Assembly: GCA_049606355.1 (NCBI GenBank)
Contig: JBMYVL010000006.1
Coordinates: 96,514 to 128,513, forward strand
Direction of reading: 5' to 3'
DNA: 32,000 nucleotides
From: Opitutales bacterium
GTDB lineage: Bacteria; Verrucomicrobiota; Verrucomicrobiia; Opitutales; Coraliomargaritaceae
The notes under the pieces were generated by a model, which had not been told where the DNA came from, made no database searches, and worked only from the letters and a program-made list of their open reading frames with translations. The translations under genes were made by a program, and so were the position numbers. Of this stretch, positions 1 to 9,740 are shown in pieces (within the stretch, counting starts at the first letter, position 1; each line of letters opens with the position of its first letter).

Positions 1-576
1 GGGATGCGCTTCTTTAACGATTTTGCCGATTCGCTCGGTCGCGGTGAGTTCGCGTACTATGCCGTCTTCGGCCTGCTGATCTTCGTTTTCAGTTATTTCT
101 GGGTCTCGCTTATGTTCAAGCCGGTGCAAATCGCCGATGACTTGAAGAAAAATGGTGGCTACATTCCCGGCGTGCGCCCTGGTGATCCGACAGCTAAATT
201 CCTGGATCATGTGATGACGCGTCTCACCTTAGCAGGTGCCATCTCCTTGACCCTGATTGCGCTCTTCCCCGACATTCTTTTGTTTACCTACAATGTACCG
301 TTTTCCGTCGCAATTTTCTTCGGCGGCACCGGTATGCTGATTACGGTTGGGGTGCTGCTGGATACCATGCGGCAAATCGAGACCTTCTTGCTCCAGCGCC
401 ACTATGACGGCTTCCTTAAAAAGGGGAAAATCCGTGGTCGCTCTGCCGCACGTAACAAGCAGTTGGTCGACGCCGCTGGCCTACAGGATTTTTGGACGGC
501 TTGGCGTCCGTTGTTGGTTCTCGCGATTGTCCTTTTCGCACTGGGGATTGTTTCCTGGTTTCTAAATTTGGGTTAA
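1..576 (+). CDS. secY: Preprotein translocase subunit SecY, C-terminal part (5' end outside the window), carrying a ~45-aa C-terminal extension
   Basis: The frame is open from nt 1. The translation (KPVQIADDLKKNGGYIPGVRPG ... FGGTGMLITVGVLLDTMRQIE ... HYDGF) matches the conserved C-terminal third of SecY. It sits directly upstream of map-rpsM, as in the spc/alpha ribosomal block. Confidence 0.9.
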   Translation, partial: GMRFFNDFADSLGRGEFAYYAVFGLLIFVFSYFWVSLMFKPVQIADDLKKNGGYIPGVRPGDPTAKFLDHVMTRLTLAGAISLTLIALFPDILLFTYNVPFSVAIFFGGTGMLITVGVLLDTMRQIETFLLQRHYDGFLKKGKIRGRSAARNKQLVDAAGLQDFWTAWRPLLVLAIVLFALGIVSWFLNLG

Positions 577-685
577 TCCACTTCGGGCCGATACGACGGT
601 CGTAGCCGATGCACGCGCTCCTTTTGTGAGACGTGTATCGCCATAACAAACGTTCTTTGATTCGCATTCACTCTTTCGCTGTCTG

Positions 686-1453
686 ATGAAATCCATTCGA
701 TCTGACGAAGATATCCAATCCATCCGCGAAGCGTGCAGCATTGCGGCGACTGTCCTGAAAAAGCTGGTCGATTCTGTGGAAGAGGGAATGACCACCTATG
801 ATCTCGATCAGCTTGGTCGTACCACGATTGAAGCACTTGGCGCCGAAAGCGCATGCTTCAACTATCGTAATGGGCCACATGTCTTCCCCGCGTACACCTG
901 TATTTCGGTCAACGAAGAAATCGTCCATGGGATCGGCAATCTGCGGCGCGTTATCCGCGGCGGTGATGTCGTATCCATCGATGTCGTGATTCGTTACCGT
1001 GGCTTTATTGGTGATAATGCGCGTACGGTATTGATTGCACCCGTGGCTGAAGCAAATCAGCGACTGGTCGACGCAACCGAGCAGGCGCTGGATTATGCCA
1101 TCAGTTTTGCGCGAGCCGGCAATCGTGTCGGAGATATTTCCAATGCGGTGGAACGCTTCATCAAGCGCCATAAATTCGGTATCGTACGCGATTTTGTAGG
1201 GCATGGCGTGGGTGCAACTATGCATGAACCCCCGCAAATCCCAAATTACGGACGCCGTGGGAGTGGCGCGCTGCTCAAGCCGGGCATGGCGCTGGCGATC
1301 GAACCGATGATCAACCTCGGTGGAGCTGCCATTGAAATGCTCGATGATGGCTGGACCGCGGTGACGCGTGACCGCAAACCATCCGCGCATTTCGAACATA
1401 CCGTCCTCGTGACCAACGGGGACCCAGAAATATTAACAATTGCTAAAAAATAA
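686..1453 (+). CDS. map: Type I methionine aminopeptidase
   Basis: 255 aa with the MetAP metal-ligand segments EEIVHGIGN, GDVVSIDVV, FVGHGVGATMHEPP, LAIEPMIN and AHFEHTVLVT. Conserved position after secY. Confidence 0.93.
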   Translation: MKSIRSDEDIQSIREACSIAATVLKKLVDSVEEGMTTYDLDQLGRTTIEALGAESACFNYRNGPHVFPAYTCISVNEEIVHGIGNLRRVIRGGDVVSIDVVIRYRGFIGDNARTVLIAPVAEANQRLVDATEQALDYAISFARAGNRVGDISNAVERFIKRHKFGIVRDFVGHGVGATMHEPPQIPNYGRRGSGALLKPGMALAIEPMINLGGAAIEMLDDGWTAVTRDRKPSAHFEHTVLVTNGDPEILTIAKK

Positions 1454-1525
1454 CTTTCCAAATCAGTTTTAACTGCTATTTTCCACAACTTTTCCCGCTT
1501 TCCAGCGGTTTAACCAACTTTTTTT

Positions 1526-1891
<366 letters not shown>

Positions 1892-1922
1892 CGCACGCTT
1901 GATAATTTAGAGGACTTTTTAC

Positions 1923-2444
1923 ATGAGCGAAGAGCAAGTTAACGAAACTGAAGAAGAGAAGGTAGCCGTCGTGGCCGAAACCGCTGACGCTGCGGATGCA
2001 GCTGAGGAGAAGCCGGTCAAGAAGGAAGAGACTGCAGAAGATCTTCTGAAGAGTGATTTAGAGGGCGTTAAAATCCGCCGTGCAAAGGGCAGTAAGAATA
2101 TCACCGCGGGTGTGGTGAATGTTTTGGCGACCTTTAATAACACTAAGGTGACCTTTAGTGATGCGCGGGGTAACGTTATTTCTTGGTCCAGCGCAGGTAA
2201 GTGCAACTTCCGCGGTTCGCGCAAGTCGACTGCCTATGCGGCTCAAGTGGTCACGCAGGACGCCGGTCGTGTCGCGATGTCCCACGGCATGAAAGAAGTC
2301 GTGGTGAAGCTGAAAGGCCCCGGCATGGGTCGCGACTCCGCGGTGCGTGCGCTCCAATCTTTGGGTATGATTGTTACTGAAATTATCGACGTAACACCGG
2401 TTCCGCACAACGGATGCCGTGCCCCTAAACGCCGTCGTGTCTAA
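1923..2444 (+). CDS. rpsK: 30S ribosomal protein S11 with an acidic ~45-aa N-terminal extension
   Basis: The C-terminal ~125 aa are canonical S11 ([12 protein letters not shown]...[13 protein letters not shown]...[18 protein letters not shown]). An AGAGGA Shine-Dalgarno-like motif lies ~11 nt upstream of ATG 1923. There is no later in-frame ATG/GTG/TTG before the conserved core. Confidence 0.92.
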   Translation: MSEEQVNETEEEKVAVVAETADAADAAEEKPVKKEETAEDLLKSDLEGVKIRRAKGSKNITAGVVNVLATFNNTKVTFSDARGNVISWSSAGKCNFRGSRKSTAYAAQVVTQDAGRVAMSHGMKEVVVKLKGPGMGRDSAVRALQSLGMIVTEIIDVTPVPHNGCRAPKRRRV

Positions 2445-2501
2445 TTGTGATGCTGCCACAGAGACACACTTAACTAGTTAGCAGACAACCGAACATAGAT
2501 T

Positions 2502-3110
2502 ATGGCCCGTTACACAGGACCGACGACTCGTATCAACCGCCGTTTTGGCACTGCAATCTTTGCGCCGACCAAGGCCTTTGAGCGTAAGCCACACCCTCCC
2601 GGTCAGCATGGCCCGCGCCTGCGCCGTAAGCTGAGCGATTACGCGATTGGCTTAAATGAAAAGCAGAAACTGCGCTTCATGTATGGCATGACTGAGAAGC
2701 AGTTCCGTTTGACTTTTGAAAAGGCGAAGAACCAGCGTGGTGTGACCGGTGATATTTTCCTGCAAATGCTGGAAAGCCGTCTCGACAGTGTGATTTACCG
2801 TCTCGGTTTTGCCAAATCGCGTTCGGCGGCCCGCCAATTTGTTGGGCATGGCCACATTTGTGTGAATGGCAAAAAGACCGATATCGCCAGCTTCATGGTG
2901 AAGGAGGGTGACGAAATTGAGGTGCGCGAGCGGACCTCATCGCGCCAACTGGCAACGCGTAGCATGGAAGAAAGCCAAGCGCGCACCGTGCCCGAGTGGT
3001 TGACACTCAATGCCGATGCATTGAAGGCAACGGTGAACCGCCTGCCGAGCTCGGAAGAGACCGAAGCAGGGATCAATGTCCAGCTCATCGTTGAGTACTA
3101 CAGCCGTTAA
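2502..3110 (+). CDS. rpsD: 30S ribosomal protein S4
   Basis: 202 aa, MARYTGP...RLDSVIYRLGFAKSRSAARQFVGHGHICVNGKK (S4 domain). Confidence 0.95.
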   Translation: MARYTGPTTRINRRFGTAIFAPTKAFERKPHPPGQHGPRLRRKLSDYAIGLNEKQKLRFMYGMTEKQFRLTFEKAKNQRGVTGDIFLQMLESRLDSVIYRLGFAKSRSAARQFVGHGHICVNGKKTDIASFMVKEGDEIEVRERTSSRQLATRSMEESQARTVPEWLTLNADALKATVNRLPSSEETEAGINVQLIVEYYSR

Positions 3111-3178
3111 TTCGCTGCTTTTAGTTACGGCACTCGCAGAGGGTCGGATATCTTTAATCAATTAACACAAATTCTATT

Positions 3179-4180
3179 ATGCCAAAGCGCCTAGGAAAAT
3201 TCGAACTGCCGAACCGGTTGGTTAAAATCGAAGAGACGTCGACGGATACGTTCGCGACCTTCCACGCGGAGCCGTTCGAGACCGGCTACGGTCACACCAT
3301 TGGAAACTCGTTGCGTCGCGTCCTCCTGAGTTCCATTGAGGGAGCCGCGATTACATCCATCAAAATCGAGGGTGTGCAACACGAGTTCCAGAGTATTGAC
3401 GGAATCGTCGAAGACGTGACCGACATCGTTCTGAATCTGAAAAAGGTTTTGTTTATTGCCGAGACTCGCGACGCGAAAACGCTCATGATCGATATTGAGC
3501 GCGAAGGTCCGGTCACAGCTGCCGATATTCAGGAAGAAGCCGGTATCCAGGTAACGAATCCGGATCAAATCATTTGCACCTTGGACAAGAAGCAGCGTTT
3601 CCTCGCAGAGCTGGAAGTCCGCGTCGGTCGTGGGTACTGCCCAGGTGATGACAACAAGAAGGCGGATCAGGCGATTGGCGTGATTGCCATCGATTCACTG
3701 TTTAGCCCGGTCAAGCTGGTCAAGTACTCTGTCGAAAATACCCGTGTGGGTCAGGAAATGGACTACGATAAGTTGATTCTTGAAGTGACTACCGATGGTC
3801 GGATCACTCCCGATGACGCCTTGAAGCAAAGTGCCGCCATCCTGAAGCATCATTTGGATGTGTTTGACGAGGTTTCCAAGGAAGACATCGAATTCGAGAG
3901 CGAAAGTAAGGAAATCAGCGAAGAGCAGAATCGCCTGCGCAAGTTGCTCAACATGAGCGTCAATGAAATTGAGCTCTCTGTTCGTGCGGCCAACTGCTTG
4001 AACAACGCCAACATCACCACTGTGGGCGAACTGGCAATGAAGTCCGAACAGGAAATGCTCAAGTACCGCAATTTTGGTAAGAAGTCGCTGAACGAGATTA
4101 AGGACAAGCTCGAGCAACTCGGCCTCTCCCTCGGAATGAAGATCGACGAGCGTCTTCTCGACAAGGGTGCCGAACTTTAA
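3179..4180 (+). CDS. rpoA: DNA-directed RNA polymerase subunit alpha
   Basis: 333 aa. N-terminal domain: GHTIGNSLRRVLLSS, LFSPV. C-terminal domain: ELSVRAANCLNNANITTVGEL...NFGKKSLNEIK. Confidence 0.95.
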   Translation: MPKRLGKFELPNRLVKIEETSTDTFATFHAEPFETGYGHTIGNSLRRVLLSSIEGAAITSIKIEGVQHEFQSIDGIVEDVTDIVLNLKKVLFIAETRDAKTLMIDIEREGPVTAADIQEEAGIQVTNPDQIICTLDKKQRFLAELEVRVGRGYCPGDDNKKADQAIGVIAIDSLFSPVKLVKYSVENTRVGQEMDYDKLILEVTTDGRITPDDALKQSAAILKHHLDVFDEVSKEDIEFESESKEISEEQNRLRKLLNMSVNEIELSVRAANCLNNANITTVGELAMKSEQEMLKYRNFGKKSLNEIKDKLEQLGLSLGMKIDERLLDKGAEL

Positions 4181-4211
4181 TCTGCACGACTACATTTTAC
4201 AGAAAGTATTT

Positions 4212-4759
<548 letters not shown>

Positions 4760-4789
4760 GCCTGCCACCGTCATAAAAACATTTACCAA

Positions 4790-4819
4790 CGCTCCGAGTT
4801 TAACTCGGAGCGTTTTTTT
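4790..4819 (+). terminator. Rho-independent terminator of the rpsM-rplQ operon
   Basis: A 9-bp GC-rich stem, CGCTCCGAG (4790-4798) pairing with CTCGGAGCG (4804-4812), has a 5-nt loop and is followed by T7 (4813-4819). It lies 31 nt after the rplQ stop. Confidence 0.85.
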
Positions 4820-4925
4820 GTCCCGGATATCCTAGCAAGGGTAATGCGGCGAGGCTGCCGAACGTCGATCTAGGCTCGAAAAAGATCGAAATCTGCAAAA
4901 AGCTGGTAAAGCATTCTTCGTTATT

Positions 4926-6050
4926 ATGCCCCGTATCTACCTTTCCCCTCCAGAGATCAGCCCGCAGGATCATGCGGCCTTGGATGCGGTCTTGACGTCC
5001 AACTGGGTGGCGCCGGTTGGCCCGGATTTAGCCGCGTTCGAAAGCGCGCTGTCGCAACGGGTGCAGCGCCAACATGCGGTGGCGTTGAACTCGGGGACCG
5101 CCGCATTGCACATGGCACTACAAGTTCTTGGCATCGGCCCCGGGGATGCCGTAGTTTGCCCGACACTGACTTTTGCCGCCAGTGCCAATCCGATTTGTTA
5201 CTGTGGGGCGGAGCCGATCTTCGTCGATAGTGAGACCTCGACCTGGAATATGGATCCCGAGCTGCTGGAGCAGGTGTTGCTTGAGCGCACGGATGTGAAG
5301 GCGGTCATCGTGGTACACTTGTATGGCCAATGCGCGGCCATGGATGCAATCGCCGCCCTTTGTGAGCAGCACGGTGTGCCCTTGATTGAAGATGCCGCCG
5401 AGGCACTGGGTGCTCGTTATCGAGGGCAGCCTGCTGGGTCTTTTGGTGCGCTCTCCTTTGTTTCGTTTAACGGGAACAAAATAATCACGACGTCGGGTGG
5501 TGGGATGCTGCTGGCCGATACGCCTGAATGGATCGAACAGGCGCGCTATTTAGCGACACAGGCACGCGAACCGGTCCTCCATTATGAGCACAAGGCGATT
5601 GGCTTTAACTATCGTTTGAGTAATGTGCTGGCTGCTTTGGGATGCAGCCAACTGGCGGATCTGGATCGTCGCATAGCTACCCGCAAGGCACATTTTGAAG
5701 CCTATCGAGCCGCGCTATCAGATTTGCCCGGCGTTGAATTCATGCCGATTTGTGCAAGCGGTGAGCCCAACTATTGGTTGACCTGTCTCACCACCCATCA
5801 GGTCTCGCGTGACGTCCTTCTCGATGCCTTGCAGGCGCAGTCGATTGAGGCGCGCCCGTTATGGAAACCCTTACATCAACAACCGGTCTTTGCGGACTGC
5901 ACGGTGGTCGGAGGTGCCGTTGCGGAGCAACTCTTTGAACAGGGACTCTGCCTACCCAGTGGGTCTTCGTTGAGTGACGAAGCGCGCGATCAGGTGATTG
6001 CGACAGTACGCGCTTGTTTTAACTCCGATCGTATCGAATCCTCCTTGTAA
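4926..6050 (+). CDS. DegT/DnrJ/EryC1/StrS-family PLP-dependent sugar aminotransferase (PglE/WecE-like)
   Basis: 374 aa with LNSGTAALHMAL, DAAEALGA, and SFNGNKIITTSGGGML (the Lys is at the PLP Schiff-base position typical of this family). It is adjacent to a 4,6-dehydratase gene. Confidence 0.85.
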   Translation: MPRIYLSPPEISPQDHAALDAVLTSNWVAPVGPDLAAFESALSQRVQRQHAVALNSGTAALHMALQVLGIGPGDAVVCPTLTFAASANPICYCGAEPIFVDSETSTWNMDPELLEQVLLERTDVKAVIVVHLYGQCAAMDAIAALCEQHGVPLIEDAAEALGARYRGQPAGSFGALSFVSFNGNKIITTSGGGMLLADTPEWIEQARYLATQAREPVLHYEHKAIGFNYRLSNVLAALGCSQLADLDRRIATRKAHFEAYRAALSDLPGVEFMPICASGEPNYWLTCLTTHQVSRDVLLDALQAQSIEARPLWKPLHQQPVFADCTVVGGAVAEQLFEQGLCLPSGSSLSDEARDQVIATVRACFNSDRIESSL

Positions 6051-6051
6051 T

Positions 6052-7944
6052 ATGGCGCTCACTTGGATCACCCCGCATCAAAATCTGCGTAGCCTGGGCT
6101 TGCTGCTGACGTACACGCTGGTGGCATCCATCAGCTATTGGCTGGCCTATGAGTTGCGTTTCGATTTCAGCGTAACCGAACAGTATGCCGGTGTGCGCAC
6201 AGCTACGCTGTGGTGGGTGGTGCTGCTCAAGCTTATGTTGTTGTCCGCCTTTGGGCAGCTGAATTGCGTCCTCGCCTATTTTCGTCTGCCCGATGCACTG
6301 CGGCTTTTTACCGCGCTCTTTGTCGTCGCCCTGATTCTGGTCTCCATGTGGTTTGTGTACGGAGGCAGTGGAGTACCGCCGCGCTCGGTGATTCTTTCCG
6401 ATTTTCAAATGAGTTTTTTGATCCTCGCGACGCTGCGGGTCTTCTTTCGGGTGCGGTCGAGCCACAGTCTTGCCGACTGGTTGACTTCGAAAGATGCGGT
6501 GAATGTCGTGATAGTCGGCGCCGGCGAAGTGGGCGCGGGTTTATGTGCGGAATTGTTGTCAAAGGCACGGCTTGGCATGCGGGCAGTGGCCTTTGTGGAT
6601 GATGATGCGCAAAAGGTCGGGCGCTATGTGCATGGCATCCCCGTCGCTGCCGCGGTCGATGAATTGGCTCAGGTGGCGAAGCGTTATGCGGCATCCAAGG
6701 TGGTGATTGCCTTTCCCTCGGCATCCCTACGGCGCACTCGAGAAGTTGCCGAACTGGCCCGCTTGGCTGATTTGTCGGTAGAAATTGTGCCGGCACTCTC
6801 GGACCTCGTCAGTGGTCGGGCGGAAATCACACAACTACGTCCCGTACAATTGGAAGATTTGTTGGGGCGTGAGCCGGTGGATTTGAACTCGACCGAGATC
6901 GAGTCGATGCTTGCGGGCAAGCGCGTGTTGATTACCGGTGCAGGCGGCAGTATTGGTAGCGAACTCACCGCACAGGTATTGGCATACGCACCAGCAGCCC
7001 TGCTTTGTTTGGATCAGGCGGAGATGGCGATCTTTAACTTGCAGCAAGAGGTTCTGCAGGGTCGGGCCAATGCGGTGAGCGTCGAGACTCAAGTCCTGGA
7101 CGTCGGCGATCGCGCGAGCATGCAGGCATTGTTTGCCAGCTATCAACCCGAGGTGGTGTTTCATGCGGCCGCACACAAGCACGTGAATTTAATGGAGCGG
7201 CAACCCGCTGAGGCCTTGAAAAATAATTTTGTCGCCACCGCGCAACTTGCAGCGATCGCCAGTGCCGCGCAGGTCGAACGCTTTATTCTGATTTCAACGG
7301 ATAAGGCGATCAACCCGACGAGTGTCATGGGCGCCAGTAAGCGCCTTGCCGAAGTGGCCGTACAGGAACAGCAAGCTGCCGAGGGGAACCGCACCCAGTT
7401 TCTCGCGGTGCGCTTCGGTAATGTATTGGGCTCGTCGGGTAGTGTGATCCCGATTTTTCGCCGTCAAATTGCCATGGGAGGTCCGTTGACGGTGACCGAC
7501 CCAGAAGTCACGCGTTTCTTTATGACGGTGCAGGAGTCGGTGGGCTTGGTCTTGCAAAGTGCAGCGCAAGGGCAGGGCGGTGAAATCTTTGTCCTCGATA
7601 TGGGCGAATCGATTAAAATTGTGGATGTCGCTCGACAAATGATTGCCCTCAGTGGCTTACAGGAAGGGCGCGATATTGATATCGATTTTGTAGGGCTGCG
7701 CCCGGGGGAGAAGCTTTATGAAGAAGTGCAACATTTGAATGAGGTCTTGCAGCCGACCCATCACCCGCGCATTCGCCGTTTTGTCGGTAGTGCACCCACC
7801 GGCAGCTCCACTCAAGCGATCCTGCAAGAATTAGACCGTGTATTGGCGGAAAATGATGGGCAGCAGATCAAGACGACGATCCAAAAATGGGTGCCGGAAT
7901 ACCAACCTTCGGTCGCAAGCACGCTAGCCGAATCGCTTAGTTGA
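6052..7944 (+). CDS. Membrane-anchored nucleotide-sugar 4,6-dehydratase/epimerase (CapD/PglF/WbpM family)
   Basis: The N terminus has ~4 hydrophobic helices. Two Rossmann signatures follow (VIVGAGEVG; VLITGAGGSIGSEL), then FHAAAHKHV and RFGNVLGSSGSVIP. I prefer ATG 6052, 1 nt after the upstream TAA, over the overlapping 5998 start. Confidence 0.85.
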   Translation: MALTWITPHQNLRSLGLLLTYTLVASISYWLAYELRFDFSVTEQYAGVRTATLWWVVLLKLMLLSAFGQLNCVLAYFRLPDALRLFTALFVVALILVSMWFVYGGSGVPPRSVILSDFQMSFLILATLRVFFRVRSSHSLADWLTSKDAVNVVIVGAGEVGAGLCAELLSKARLGMRAVAFVDDDAQKVGRYVHGIPVAAAVDELAQVAKRYAASKVVIAFPSASLRRTREVAELARLADLSVEIVPALSDLVSGRAEITQLRPVQLEDLLGREPVDLNSTEIESMLAGKRVLITGAGGSIGSELTAQVLAYAPAALLCLDQAEMAIFNLQQEVLQGRANAVSVETQVLDVGDRASMQALFASYQPEVVFHAAAHKHVNLMERQPAEALKNNFVATAQLAAIASAAQVERFILISTDKAINPTSVMGASKRLAEVAVQEQQAAEGNRTQFLAVRFGNVLGSSGSVIPIFRRQIAMGGPLTVTDPEVTRFFMTVQESVGLVLQSAAQGQGGEIFVLDMGESIKIVDVARQMIALSGLQEGRDIDIDFVGLRPGEKLYEEVQHLNEVLQPTHHPRIRRFVGSAPTGSSTQAILQELDRVLAENDGQQIKTTIQKWVPEYQPSVASTLAESLS

Positions 7945-8830
7945 GCTCGACCGAGTCTTTCGGATCAAAAGCATCCCGAAGCCCATCGCCGATAAAATTC
8001 AGCGCCACCAATGTGAGCGAGAAGACGACTGCGGGGAAGATGAGCAACCACGGGTAAATGTCGATTTTACGTGCGCCTTCATTGATCAGGATGCCCCATG
8101 AGCTCATCGGTGGTTGCACGCCCAGTCCCAGAAAGCTCAACACGGATTCGAGCAGAATCACTGCGGGGATCGTTAAGGTCGTGTAGATAATCACCGGCCC
8201 GATTAAATTGGGCAACAGGTGTCGCGTGAGTCGGCGCCAATGGCTGCTCCCCGCCAGTTGTGCGGCCTCGAGGTAGGCCTGTTGGCGCAGTACCCGAGTC
8301 TGGCTGCGTACAATGCGTGCCATGGTCAGCCACTCGACCAAGCCAATCGCCATGAAAATTAAGAAGATACTCTTTTTATCAAAGGTGACGGTCAGGATGA
8401 TCACAATCATGGTGAACGGCAGCGCGTAGACCGCATCGACAAAGCGCATCAGCAGCGCATCGGTGCGCCTGCCGCTATAGCCGGCGAGCAGTCCGTAGCT
8501 CACCCCGATGATTAAGGCCACCGCGGTCGCGGCGAACCCGACACCGATCGAAATACGTCCGCCGATGAGGATACGGACCAATAAATCGCGACCGAGATCG
8601 TCGGTGCCGAGCCAGTGTTGCAGCGTCGGCCCATGGGCACCATCGATGAGATCTTGCTGCTCGTAGCCATAGGGGCTGAACAATGGGCCGATCCAACACA
8701 GCAGCGTGATGCCGATGAAGAGCGCGGCGCCGATACGCGCCATGCGGTTGCGCTTGAAGCGATTCCATGCGTCCCGCTCCAGAGAGTACGTGGCCGCTGG
8801 GTCGAGCTCGTTGCGACGCGGTTTAATCAT
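7937..8830 (-). CDS. ABC transporter permease, peptide/nickel type (OppC/DppC-like)
   Basis: 297 aa, multi-TM, with an EAA-like loop (LEAAQLAGSSHWRRLTRHLLPN). Its start overlaps the upstream permease gene by 8 nt. Confidence 0.85.
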   Translation of the reverse strand: MIKPRRNELDPAATYSLERDAWNRFKRNRMARIGAALFIGITLLCWIGPLFSPYGYEQQDLIDGAHGPTLQHWLGTDDLGRDLLVRILIGGRISIGVGFAATAVALIIGVSYGLLAGYSGRRTDALLMRFVDAVYALPFTMIVIILTVTFDKKSIFLIFMAIGLVEWLTMARIVRSQTRVLRQQAYLEAAQLAGSSHWRRLTRHLLPNLIGPVIIYTTLTIPAVILLESVLSFLGLGVQPPMSSWGILINEGARKIDIYPWLLIFPAVVFSLTLVALNFIGDGLRDAFDPKDSVELN

Positions 8831-9740
8831 GGCGGGTGCGTGGTTGCATCCACAGTTGCAGGAGGTCGACGATGAGATTGAACAGAATAATCAGTACTGC
8901 GTAAAACAGCACGGTACCCATCACCATGGTGTAGTCTCGATTGAGCGCCGCATTCACAAAGAAGGGGCCGAGGCCGGGGAGGAAGAAAATAGTCTCCACC
9001 ACAAACGAGCCACTGATCAGCCCTGCCGCAGCGGGCCCAGTGTAAGTGACTACCGGCAACAGTGCGGTGCGCAGGGCATGCCGGTAAACGACCATGGCGG
9101 CGCTCAAGCCCTTCGCCCGCGCGGTGCGAATATAATCCTGCCGCAATACATCCAGCATGCCGCCGCGCGCCAAGCGGGCGATGTATGCGGCGTAAAGCAA
9201 ACTCAAGGTGAGCACCGGGAGGACGCGATCGCTGGCCGTCGCCCAACCGATGGGGTTGAACCACTCGAGCTGGAGGCTGAAAATAAGCACTAGAATCGGC
9301 CCCAGCACAAACGAGGGCAGGCAGATGCCCACCATCGCAAGCCCCATCAGTGCCGTCTCGGAGCGCTGTTTATGGCGCAGCGCAGCCAGCGTGCCGATGG
9401 GGATGCCAATCAGCAGCGCCACCAGGAGTGCCCATAGCCCCAGTTCCAGTGATACCGGGAAGGATTGCCCGATGATTTCCTGCACATCCCAACCCGCGTA
9501 TTTATAGGAAGGCCCTAAGTCACCCCTGAGTACATTTGCAAAAAACTGGACGTATTGCACGGGGAGCGGCTCGTTGAGGCCGTAGTGCGCTTCAATTTGT
9601 GCTTTGATCTCGGGTGCCACGGGTTTCTCATCGTCAAACGGCCCTCCGGGGGCGACACGGAGCAAGATAAAGGTGGCGGTCGCGACCAGCCACAACGTCG
9701 GGATGGCCTGCAGTAGGCGTCTGGCGATGAAGGCGATCAC
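8823..9740 (-). CDS. ABC transporter permease, peptide/nickel type (OppB/DppB-like)
   Basis: 305 aa, MIAFIARRLLQAIPTLW...; EAA loop RTARAKGLS. It overlaps the binding-protein gene by 4 nt. Confidence 0.85.
   Translation of the reverse strand: MIAFIARRLLQAIPTLWLVATATFILLRVAPGGPFDDEKPVAPEIKAQIEAHYGLNEPLPVQYVQFFANVLRGDLGPSYKYAGWDVQEIIGQSFPVSLELGLWALLVALLIGIPIGTLAALRHKQRSETALMGLAMVGICLPSFVLGPILVLIFSLQLEWFNPIGWATASDRVLPVLTLSLLYAAYIARLARGGMLDVLRQDYIRTARAKGLSAAMVVYRHALRTALLPVVTYTGPAAAGLISGSFVVETIFFLPGLGPFFVNAALNRDYTMVMGTVLFYAVLIILFNLIVDLLQLWMQPRTRHD

Noticed and set aside
668-1399. 243-aa ORF antisense to map
   Set aside because: This is a shadow ORF on the opposite strand of a gene with unambiguous MetAP motifs. 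Its translation has no recognisable family and a Arg/Gly/Thr/Ile-rich composition with no recognisable motif, as expected for an antisense frame in GC-rich DNA.
1495-1508. Small hairpin CCGCT-TTCC-AGCGG upstream of rpsM (possible S4 autoregulatory leader or map terminator)
   Set aside because: The stem is only 5 bp and the T-run is displaced by 12 nt. I cannot recognise the S4-binding pseudoknot from sequence alone.
5998-6051. Upstream extension of the PglF/CapD-like ORF overlapping the aminotransferase gene by 53 nt
   Set aside because: ATG 6052 lies 1 nt after the aminotransferase stop and starts directly at the first TM region. The upstream 18 codons add no conserved sequence.
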